The notes beneath the pieces were generated by a model. That model worked only from the letters and a program-made list of their open reading frames with translations, did no database searches and was not told where the DNA came from. This document shows, in pieces, positions 1 to 12,400 of a stretch of DNA of 64,000 nucleotides; position 1 is the first letter of the stretch, and each line of letters begins with the position of its first letter. Source of the DNA: Balanoglossus misakiensis (Eukaryota; Animalia; Hemichordata); assembly GCA_040954595.2 (NCBI GenBank), contig CM082590.2, positions 10,938,088 to 11,002,087 on the forward strand, written 5' to 3'. Position numbers and translations under genes: made by a program.

Positions 1-3000
1 ACGACCTGCCCAGAATTGTCCGTGAAAAGTCCTTCAAATACGACAAAGGCAGTTGTATTGCCATCATCGATTTCAACAACTAGATTGGAGGGACAAGTGG
101 CAACTGGACGGGTTGTATCTGAGAAGAGAAAAGAAAAGGAAACACACTGAGATTTTCAGGCCTAAACAACCATTAGGTACAACAACAAATGTTTACAGGA
201 ATCCTATGTCACCATCAGATCAACTGTTTGATTGACTGTTTGATTGATTGATTGATTAAAAGACTCTCTAAAAGTCGTACCTTGTACAGTGACACTGAAA
301 GTGCAATTTGCACCATTTCCCGATGCATCTGTTGCAGAACATGTGACATCTGTATTGCCACTACTGAAAGTTGAACCAGAAGCTGGATCACATGTGACTG
401 CAAGACTGGCCCCTGAATTGTCACTTGCTGATCCACTGAATGTTACCACAGCAGTTGGACCTCCATTGTATTCAGCTGTCTGATCAGCTGGGCAAGTGAT
501 GACTGGTCTGATGGAATCTGAAAATGAGCAAGGGTGTTACATTCATTTCAAACTTGTACATATCCTGCTTTCACTGCTTGTATAACATCATCCATCCAAC
601 TCTTTCTAATTGAAAGCACCTCCAGAGATCTTTGTAAGACTTAAACTTACCTCCAACAGTCACAGTAAATGTGCATGTTCCCACATTTCCATCCAGATCG
701 ATGGCTGAGCATGTCACTATCGTGTCTCCACTGATGAAAGTAGAATTTGATGGCGGGTCGCACATCACTGCCAGTTGCTGTCCTGAATTGTCTATGGCTG
801 ATTCACCATCAAACACAACAACAGCAGTCGTGTTTCCAAAATCATATTCCATGGTAATATTTGAAGGACATGTCAATGTTGGCCTCGTAAGATCTAAAAA
901 AAGTATACATGTATATAATATAGAAGAGCATCGTCTAAAACAGCATGTCAGTTTGCTACGAGTTCATTTTGTACTACCAATTAAAAAAGCTGTTATATTG
1001 TGTTCAGATGTGACCAAGAATATTCTACCGCATCACAAGTACACTTAAATTAGTAAAATTGGCAACAAAGAAGAATAGATACACATACCTTGCACGGTAA
1101 TTGTAAAGTTACAAGTCCCAATATTGCCAGTTGCATCAATAGAAGAACACGTCACAACTGTATCTCCACTCTCAAATGTGGAATTAGAAGGCGGATCACA
1201 GGTCACTGCGAGCAGATGTCCGGAATTGTCAGTGGCTGACTCTCCATCAAAGAATACAACAGCAGTTGTGTTGCCGTAATCATTCTCGCTAGTAATGTTG
1301 GCAGGGCATGTCACAATGGGCATGGTGGTATCTGCAAAAAACAATTATCATCAGCAATGAAGGCAGGTTGTTCTTAGAAACTTTTGGATGGTCTTTAGTG
1401 TAGTGCAAGAAGAGATATTTGAAATAGGAGTGGAGAAGCTTCAGAAAAGAATTTCACAAACCACCAGTAGAAAACTTCTTCAACATATCTGGCAAACAGG
1501 GCTTTTTCCAGTTGATTGCTAGACTGCTGACGGTCTGTGACAAAAGACTAAATACATCAATTGAATTAGGATTCAAAGTTATTACCTTCAACAGTTACTA
1601 TGAAAGCACAAGTTCCCACATTTCCAGCCACATCAGTAGCAGAGCATGTCACTATTGTGTCTCCGCTAACAAACGAAGAATTCGATGGCGGGTCGCACGT
1701 CACTGCCAGTTGGTGTCCAGCATTGTCAATAGCCGACTCTCCACTAAACACAACAACTGCAGTTGTATTGCCGTAGTCGTATTCAACTGTAACATTTGAT
1801 GGGCAGGATACAACAGGGCTTATGGTGTCTGAAAAATAAACATATACAATGCAGTTATTGACATCATTTCCATGACATAAATCTTGACATCCACTTCCAA
1901 AATGTCAAAACGCTCATATCAGCTGCTCTTAGATTGGACACAAAAGATACAATCACATACCTTGGACAGTTACTATGAAACGACATGTTCCTACATTTCC
2001 AGCCATATCTGTGGCATTACAAGTCACAATTGTGTTTCCGTTGGTGAATGTAGAGTTCGATGGTGGATTACACATCACTTCTGGTTGATATCCAGAATTG
2101 TCTACAGCCGACTCGCCATCAAAAAGCACAACTGCAGTTGTATTGCCGTAGTCGTATTCAACAGTTACATTTGTGGGACAAGTCAAGACGGGATTGGTGG
2201 TATCTGAAATATTACATTGATTTTGTAAATAGCCACATCAAGTATTGGACAGTCTAACAAAATGTGGAGAAAATACACAATGCAAATGGTCATTTGTGAG
2301 TAGCAAATGGTGAAATGTGACACTTGCAAGTGGTGACAAGTATCATTCTAATGACCCCAGTTAGGACTAATTCCTACAGTTTTTCAACATGCACAGAAAC
2401 AAATCAAGGGTACATACCTTGTACAGTAATGGTGAAGCTACAATTTCCAGTGTTGCCAGCCCCATCCATAGCAGAACATGTCACTACATTGTCTCCATTC
2501 ACAAAGGTAGAATTAGATGGTGGATCACAGGTTACTGCAAGGATGTGTCCAGAATTGTCCAGAGCTGATTCTCCGCTAAATTCCACAACTGCTGTGGTAT
2601 TTCCATAATCATTCTCAACTGTCATATCAGCTGGACATGTTACTACTGGATTGGTTTCGTCTGAAACGGATAAAGTTAAAACTTTGAGCTGATCAACCAA
2701 TAACAGGTGTTACTATCCAGGAAGAAACAATTACAAAAAGTAATATTCACAGTCACAAAATACGAACCTTGTACAGTAATGGTGAAGCTACAGTTTCCAG
2801 TGTTTCCAGCCACATCAGTAGCAGAACAAGTCACAACATTCTCTCCACTGAAGAAAACAGAATTGGAGGGCGGATCACAGGTTACAGCGAGTATTGCTCC
2901 AGAATTATCCATTGCTGATTCTCCACTGAACTGAACGACAGCTGATGTGTTTCCATATTCATTCTCCACCACGATATCACCAGCTCCATTAAATTCTACC

Positions 3001-6000
3001 ACTGACGTTGTATTTCCGTTCTCATATTCAACCGTCAAATTATTCGGACATGACAATACTGGCGCTGTTGTGTCTGTGGAATGAAAGTTATTTTAAAGAT
3101 TATTCTACAATAGTGTCTGTTTTCATGGAAGATCACAGAACTTAACAGAGGAGATTGGAAGTGTCCAAATGAAATGCATACAAGGTCTGGAAAATGTGGT
3201 TTGATGAAATCATTCTTCGTTTGAACAACTCTGAGAGTACAAACCTTGAACAATCACAAAAAAGGTACACGCTCCAACATTTCCAGCCACATCCGTAGCA
3301 GAACACGTCACAACTGTATCTCCACTCTCAAATGTGGAATTAGAAGGCGGATCACAGGTCACTGCGAGCAGATGTCCGGAATTGTCAGTGGCTGACTCTC
3401 CATCAAAGAATACAACAGCAGTTGTGTTGCCGTAATCATTCTCGCTAGTAATGTTGGCAGGGCATGTCACAATGGGCATGGTGGTATCTGCAAAAAACAA
3501 TTATCATCAGCAATGAAGGCAGGTTGTTCTTAGAAGCTTTTGGATGGTCTTTAGTGTAGTGCAGGTGAGATACTTGAAATAGGAGAGGAGAAGCTTCAGA
3601 AAAGAAATTCACAAACCACCAGTAGAAAACTTCTTCAACATATCTGGCAAACAGGGCTTTTTTCCCTTTGATTGCAAGACTGTTGACGGTCTGTGACAAA
3701 AGACTAAATACATCAATTGAATTAGGATTAAAAGTTATTACCTTCAACAGTTACTATGAAAGCACAAGTTCCCACATTTCCAGCCACATCAGTAGCAGAG
3801 CATGTCACTATTGTGTCTCCGCTAACAAACGAAGAATTTGATGGCGGGTCGCACGTCACTGCCAGTTGGTGTCCAGCATTGTCAATGGCTGACTCTTCAC
3901 TAAATACAACAACTGCAGTTGTATTGCCGTAGTCGTATTCAACTGTAACATTTGATGGGCAGGATACAACAGGGCTTATGGTGTCTGAAAAATAAACATA
4001 TACAATGCAATTTTTGACATCATTTTATGTCCATGACGTAAATGTTGGCATCCAGTTCCAAAATGTCAAAACGCTCATATCAGCTGCTCTTAGATTGGAC
4101 ACAAAAGATACAATCACGTACCTTGGACAGTTACTATGAAACGACATGTTCCTACATTTCCAGCCATATCTGTGGCATTACAAGTCACAATTGTGTTTCC
4201 GTTGGTGAATGTAGAGTTTGATGGTGGATTACACATCACTTCCGGTTGATATCCAGAATTGTCTACAGCCGACTCGCCATCAAAAAGCACAACTGCAGTT
4301 GTATTGCCGTAGTCGTATTCAACAGTTACATTTGTTGGACAAGTCAAGACAGGGTTGGTGGTATCTGAAATATTACATTTGTAAATAGCCACATCAAGTA
4401 TTGGACAGTCTTACAAAATGTAGAGAAAATACACAATAAAAAATGGTCATTTGCGAGTAGCAAATGGTGAAATGTGACACTTGCAAGTGGTGACAAGTAT
4501 CATTCTAAAGTCATCACTCGCAAAAGATACATTTGACCACAGTTGGCACATGTCACAAAAAGTATACATACCTTGCACAGTGATTGTAAAATTGCAGCTT
4601 CCAATGTTACCACTCTCATCAGTAGAACTACAAGTAACTGCATTGTCTCCACTCACAAATGTAGAATTTGATGGTGGATTACAAGTAACTAGAACACTCT
4701 TTCCAGAATTATCTGTTGCCGACTCTCCACTGAATTCAACCACTGCTGTTGTATTGCCGTAGTCGTATTCAACAGTTACATTTGTGGGACAAGTCAAGAC
4801 GGGGTTGGTGGTATCTGAAATATTACATTTGTAAATAGCCACATCAAGAATTGGACAGTCTAACAAAATGTGGAGAAAATACACAATGCAAATGATCATT
4901 TGCGAGTAGCAAATGGTGAAATGTGACACTTGCAAGTGGTGACAAGTATCATTCTAAAGTCATCACTCGCAAAAGATACATTTGACCACAGTTGGCACAT
5001 GTCACAAAAAGAATACATACCTTGCACAGTGATTGTAAAATTGCAGCTTCCAATGTTACCACTCTCATCAGTAGAACTACAAGTAACTGCATTGTCTCCA
5101 CTCACAAATGTAGAATTTGATGGTGGATTACAAGTAACTAATACACTCTTTCCAGAATTATCTGTTGCCGACTCTCCACTGAATTCAACCACTGCTGTTG
5201 TATTGCCATAGTCATACTCCACTGTCAAACCAGCAGGACAGGTTACCATGGGATTTGTTGTGTCTGGAAATAATAATGTGATCAGACAGTTGAAATGTAG
5301 GCATTCAATGTGTAAATGTGAAATTGAACAATGTCCATAAGGTAAACAAGGGACTTGATTCAAGTTACATGAATGACCCCAGTTAGGACTAATTCCTACA
5401 GTTTTACAACATGCACAGAAACAAATCAAGGGTACATACCTTGGACAGTAATGGTGAAGCTACAATTTCCAGTGTTGCCAGCCCCATCCATAGCAGAACA
5501 TGTCACTACATTGTCTCCATTCACAAAGGTAGAATTAGATGGTGGATCACAGGTTACTGCAAGGATGTGTCCAGAATTGTCCAGAGCTGATTCTCCGCTA
5601 AATTCCACAACTGCTGTGGTATTTCCATAATCATACTCTGCTGTCAAATCCGCTGGACATGTTACAAGTGGATGAACAGAATCTGGAATAGATTTGAAAT
5701 AATATCCATATTTATCTTTACACATAGAGACAAACAATGGCCGAGTACAACAGGACAATCTTATGTTTAATCTATTATATTACATACCTTGGACAATAAT
5801 TGTAAAGTTACAAGTCCCAATATTGCCAGCTGCATCAATAGAAGAACATGTCACTACATTGTCTCCACTCATGAATGTAGAATTAGATGGTGGATCACAT
5901 GTTACTGACAGAATTGCTCCAGAATTGTCTGTAACTGATTCTCCGCTAAATTCCACAACTGCTGTGGTATTTCCATAGTCATACTCAACCATCGAATCAG

Positions 6001-9000
6001 CAGGGCAGATTACAACCGGATCAGATGTGTCTGTAAAAGACATGAACAGATAATTTCAAGTTAATAATAATAATAATAATATTTATTCCAGACTTTTAAA
6101 GAATAAAAGTCTATATACTCAAAATACTAAGTTAAGTCTATCATTGCCAAGTTTTCTTCCAAAACAGGCCATCATAACTTGTTTTGAGTCTTCCTGCAAT
6201 ACGTGCAGTAGAACAATTGAAAATAACTACACATTAATATGGTGGATTGATTGATTGGTTGATTCATTTATTGACTGATTGATGCTTATTATCACATATT
6301 ACCTTGCACTGTGATTGTGAAGTTGCAAAGGCCAATATTCCCTGATGAATCAGTCGCAGAACAAGTCACAACATTCTCTCCGCTCATGAAGGTTGAATTC
6401 GATGGTGGATCACAGGTTACAGGCAGTATTGCTCCAGAATTATCCATTGCTGATTCTCCACTGAATTCCACAACTGATGTGGTATTTCCATAGTCATACT
6501 CAGCCATCAAATTTGTTGGACATGTTAGTACTGGTTTAGTTGTGTCTGTACAATGAGTAAATAGGATATAAATTCCATAATAATGAGATCAGAAGATTTT
6601 CTTTTCAGGTTTTTGGGGGGGATAAAAAAATTAACATTTTCAATGACACAATAGATGTATACATACACACATTACACATATTTATATCCAGTACATGCAT
6701 CCACAATGCAAGATGCACAAAGACAGACACAGTCAGACAGATTGACAGACAGATAGACAGACGGACAGACAGACAGACAACAGGTCATAGCTCAAGATGT
6801 ACTATGTTCAATCCTACCTTGTACAGTTACCAAGAAACCACAAATTCCAACATTTCCAGCCATATCCGTTGCAGAACAAGTCACAACTGTATCACCACTG
6901 ACAAATGTAGAATTTGATGGTGGATTACAAGTGACAACCAGTTGATGTCCAGCATTGTCAGTGGCAGACTCTCCATCAAAGAAAACAACAGCAGTTGAAT
7001 TTCCATAATCATACTCCAAAGTCACATTTGATGGGCAATTAACAACTGGGCTTGTTGTGTCTGTAAAAAATAGAGATAAATGATATAAATAGACAAATCT
7101 GTTCATAAAACGTGGTTCTGATATGGTAGCTAGGGTTATGTTGTCATTGTGATAAAGTGTTGCCCAAAATACACATCATAATTCTCCGAAAGGCCTTTAA
7201 CATTTAACACAAACAGTATCTTATATAAAAATCATTTTTTACATCACAAATAATAGATAAGGCAATGGAAGTGAGTGAGGATGAGAAAATGTTAGTTTAC
7301 CTTGCACTGTAACAATAAATGTACATGTTCCAACATTTCCAGATGCATCACTTGCCGAACATGTAACAACAGTGTTGCCACTTTCAAAAGTAGAATTCGA
7401 AGGCGGATCACAGGTGACTGCAATGTCCTGTCCAGAATTATCCATGGCTGATTCACCATCAAATAAAACAACGGCAGTCGTATTTCCAAAGTCGTACTCG
7501 ACGGTGATATTTGTTGGACACATCACCACAGGGTTGCTTGTGTCTGGAAAATAAAATTTCATAAAATACAAGATAGTAAATCAAAACGTAAGGAACCCTA
7601 TTTTTCCTTTTTTGTCTGTGTTTAAAGTGCCCTTGAGCAAAACCATACTACATATTTATAAATAAAAATGTCTTCCACTGTACAACCTTGGTCCGGAAAT
7701 CCTGTATCAGGCAGTGTCGCAATCTTAAAATCACATTGCTCAAAAACTTTCATTTTACAAATGTTCCTTTACCTTGCACTGTCACTGTGAAACTGCATGT
7801 ACCCACATTTCCAGCCATATCTGTAGCTGAACAAGTCACAGTTGTATCTCCAGTGAAAAACGAAGAATTCGATGGCGGGTCGCACGTCACTGCCAGTTGG
7901 TGTCCAGCATTGTCAATGGCTGACTCTCCACTAAACACAACAACCGCGGTTGTATTTCCATAATCATACTCAACAGTGATATTTGAGGGGCATGTTACAT
8001 CTGGCGGTGTTGTATCTGGAAAATGCACAGCAGGCAGGATAAAACAGACAGCCTACAATGTGAAGTAATTTTCCAAACTACGCATGAATATATAAGCCAA
8101 CTATTTTTGACCAACAGTGAATCATATATTGTCCGTCTGGACATATTGAGTTACATAGCTTCACTTTTCTCTGATTCTCTTTCTCTGTGCTGGAAAAGCT
8201 AATATGTCACTTACCTAATACTGTCACAAAGAAACTACAGGTTCCTACATTTCCAGAATTGTCAGTAGCAGAGCAAGTCACAACACTATTTCCACTCATA
8301 AATGTAGAATTTGACGGTGGGTCACAAGTCACAGCCAGAAGATGTCCAGAATTATCCACAGCCGACTCGCCATCGAAGAAGACAACAGCAGTTGTATTTC
8401 CATAATCGTATTCTATCGTTATGTTGGATGGACATGTAACAACTGGATGGGTTGTATCTGCAAGAGAAATATATTTCCACAGGTTAAAGGGACAAAGTCT
8501 TTCTCTCGCTACGCTTTTCCATAATTTATGTTTGACACGAGACACTGTTTCTGTTATTCTACATGTGGATAAATAGTGAATCAACGTTCAACCACACACA
8601 ACTTCCATTCCGTTTGTAGGATATGATTATAAATATACAGTTGGACTGAGCATGATATGATGTGAAATAACAAATACATAATGCGTTTTGAACATTCAAT
8701 AAACCTACCTTGCACAGTAACTATGAACTGGCAAGTTCCCACATTACCGTCGAAATCAGAAGCTGAACAGATGACAATATTTATTCCGCTAGGAAATGTA
8801 GAATTTGATGGTGGGTCACATGTCACATTGACTTCATGGCCAGAGTTGTCTGTAGCTGACTCGCCACTAAACACAACAACAGCACTTGTATTTCCGTAGT
8901 CATATTCAATGCTGACATTTGATGGGCAGACAACAACTGGATTTGTGGTGTCTGGAAAAAAAGATTGGCAATGACATTTTGAAGAAAGATAAAGGATTCT

Positions 9001-9403
9001 TTAAAAAACTGTTGCCTGACCAGGCAATAGTTTGAAAACTGTTGATACTTAGCTTTTCTTTGTTTGCAATAATGCCCAAAGTCTTTGGAACTTTTGCCTG
9101 GCTATGTTGGAAAGTACCATGTAGACAAGCTTGATGACAGCAGAAAACAGTGCATTATCTTACCTTGTACAGAAACAGAGAACGAGCAACTGCCTGCATT
9201 TGAGGATGCATCAGTCGCACTGCAGGTGATGTCAGTAACGCCGCTTGCAAAAGTTGATCCGGATGCTGTATCACAAATCACTGCAGGTGTTGTTCCTGAA
9301 TTATCCGTTGCAGATGAACTGAATGTTACCACAGCTGTTGTGTTACCATAGTCATACTCAACTGTCAGATTAGCCGGACATGCAAGGATAGGACTGGTTG
9401 TAT
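1..9403 (-). CDS. HYR exon block, distal part (22 exons)
   Basis: Exons: <1-118, 281-517, 651-893, 1089-1331, 1586-1828, 1961-2203, 2418-2660, 2768-3073, 3245-3487, 3742-3984, 4122-4364, 4572-4814, 5021-5263, 5440-5682, 5788-6030, 6303-6545, 6818-7060, 7301-7543, 7773-8015, 8215-8457, 8709-8951, 9164-9403. Most are 243 nt (81 aa) and encode one 4-Cys HYR domain. Confidence 0.92.
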
Positions 9404-12400
9404 CTGAAGAATCAACAGCAAGATTGGTGGTCAATTATGATTATGGGTATCTGTAAAACTGGTTATTTTGAGTCTTGCGTGTTTCGCATTAATTTATTGT
9501 TCGCGGAAATAGCCCGTTTTACAGTATGTACATTCACCCTTACTTGACCTTAACCATACATGGTTTGTCTAGGTCTGTGAATGACTGTTTGGCATTTTGT
9601 GGCACATGTGTGTGTATGTGGCCACCACACATAAACATCTAAACTTCACAAGGTGACCATGCACCTTTAACCCCTGTATGGATAAAGAGGTCCATCTTTA
9701 CCACTGAAATCATATGATTTATACCAAACTAATGTAACAAGGTGGACCCTTGGACAAGAGCCCCCAGCATGTTCATGGGCCCTGGGCTCTTACTGAGAGA
9801 AATACGGTATATACATACCTTGAACAGTCACTTGGAAACCACACGTTGCAATATTTCCAGCCGCATCCTGAGCGAAGCAAGACACAATTGTGTTCCCCAT
9901 CGGAAATGTTGAGTTGGTGGGTGGGGTACAAGATGTGGAAACGACCTGCCCAGAATTGTCCGTGAAAAGTCCTTCAAATACGACAAAGGCAGTTGTATTG
10001 CCATCATCAATTTCAACAACTAGATTGGAGGGACAAGTGGCAACTGGACGGGTTGTATCTGAGAAGAGAAAAGAAAAGGAAACACACTGAGAATTTCAGG
10101 CCTAAACAACAATTAGATACAACAACAAATGATTACAGGAATCGTATGGAACCATCAGATCAACTGTTTGATTGACTGATTGATTAACTGATTGATTGAT
10201 TAAAAGACTCTCTAAAAGTCGTACCTTGTACAGTGACACTGAAAGTGCAATTTGCACCATTTCCCGATGCATCTGTTGCAGAACATGTGACATCTGTATT
10301 GCCACTACTGAAAGTTGAACCAGAAGCTGGATCACATGTGACTGCAAGACTGGCCCCTGAATTGTCACTTGCTGATCCACTGAATGTTACCACAGCAGTT
10401 GGACCTCCATTGTATTCAGCTGTCTGATCAGCTGGGCAAGTGATGACTGGTCTGATGGAATCTGAAAATGAGCAAGGGTGTTACATTCATTTCAAACTTG
10501 TACATATCCTGCTTTCACTGCTTGTATAACATCATCCATCCAACTCTTTCTAATTGAAAGCATCACCAGAGATCTTTGTAAGATTTAAACTTACCTCCAA
10601 CAGTCACAGTAAATGTGCATGTTCCCACATTTCCATCCAGATCGATGGCTGAGCATGTCACTATCGTGTCTCCACTGATGAAAGTAGAATTTGATGGCGG
10701 GTCGCACATCACTGCCAGTTGCTGTCCTGAATTGTCTATGGCTGATTCACCATCAAACACAACAACAGCAGTCGTGTTTCCGAAATCATATTCCATGGTA
10801 ATATTTGAAGGACATGTCAATGTTGGCCTCGTAAGATCTAAAAAAAGTATACATGTATATAATATAGAAGAGCATCGTCTAAAACAGCATGTCAGTTTGC
10901 TACGAGTTCATTTTGTACTACCAATTAAAAAAGCTGTTATATTGTGTTCAGATGTGACCAAGAATATTCTACCGCATCACAAGTACACTTAAATTAGTAA
11001 AATTGGCAACAAAGAAGAATAGATACACATACCTTGCACGGTAATTGTAAAGTAACAAGTCCCAATATTGCCAGTTGCATCAATAGAAGAACACGTCACA
11101 ACTGTATCTCCACTCTCAAATGTGGAATTTGAAGGCGGATCACAGGCCACTGCGAGCAGATGTCCGGAATTGTCAGTGGCTGACTCTCCATCAAAGAATA
11201 CAACAGCAGTTGTGTTGCCGTAATCATTCTCGCTAGTAATGTTGGCAGGGCATGTCACAATGGGCATGGTGGTATCTGCAAAAAACAATTATCATCAGCA
11301 ATGAAGGCAGGTTGTTCTTAGAAGCTTTTGGATGGCCTTTAGTGTAGTGCAAGAAGAGATATTTGAAATAGGAGTGGAGAAGCTTCAGAAAAGAAATTCA
11401 CAAACCACCAGTAAAAAACTTCTTCAACATATCTGGAAAACGGAGCTTTTTCCAGTTGATTGCAAGACTGTTGACGGTCTGTAACAAAAGACTAAATACA
11501 TCAATTGAATTAGGATTCAAAGTTATTACCTTCAACAGTTACTATGAAAGCACAAGTTCCCACATTTCCAGCCACATCAGTAGCAGAGCATGTCACTATT
11601 GTGTCTCCGCTAACAAACGAAGAATTCGATGGCGGGTCGCACGTCACTGCCAGTTGGTGTCCAGCATTGTCAATGGCTGACTCTCCACTAAACACAACAA
11701 CTGCAGTTGTATTGCCGTAGTCGTATTCAACTGTAACATTTGATGGGCAGGATACAACAGGGCTTATGGTGTCTGAAAAATAAACATATACAATGCAATT
11801 ATTGACATCATTTCTTATACAATGTCCATGACATAAATGTTGGCATCCAGTTCCAAAATGTCAAAACGCTCATATCAGCTGCTCTTAGATTGGACACAAA
11901 AGATACAATCACGTACCTTGGACAGTTACTATGAAACGACATGTTCCTACATTTCCAGCCATATCTGTGGCATTACAAGTCACAATTGTGTTTCCGTTGG
12001 TGAATGTAGAGTTCGATGGTGGATTACACATCACTTCTGGTTGATATCCAGAATTGTCTACAGCCGACTCGCCATCAAAAAGCACAACTGCAGTTGTATT
12101 GCCGTAGTCGTATTCAACAGTTACATTTGTGGGACAAGTCAAGACGGGGTTGGTGGTATCTGAAATATTACATTTGTAAGTAGCCACATCAAGTATTGGA
12201 CAGTCTAACAAAATGTAGAGAAAATACACAATGCAAATGATCATTTGCGAGTAGCAAATGGTGAAATGTGACACTTGCAAGTGGTGACAAGTATCGTTCT
12301 AATGACCCAAGTTAGGACTAATTCCTACAGTTTAACAGCATGCACAGAAACAAATCAAGGGTACATACCTTGTACAGTAATGGTGAAGCTACAATTTCCA

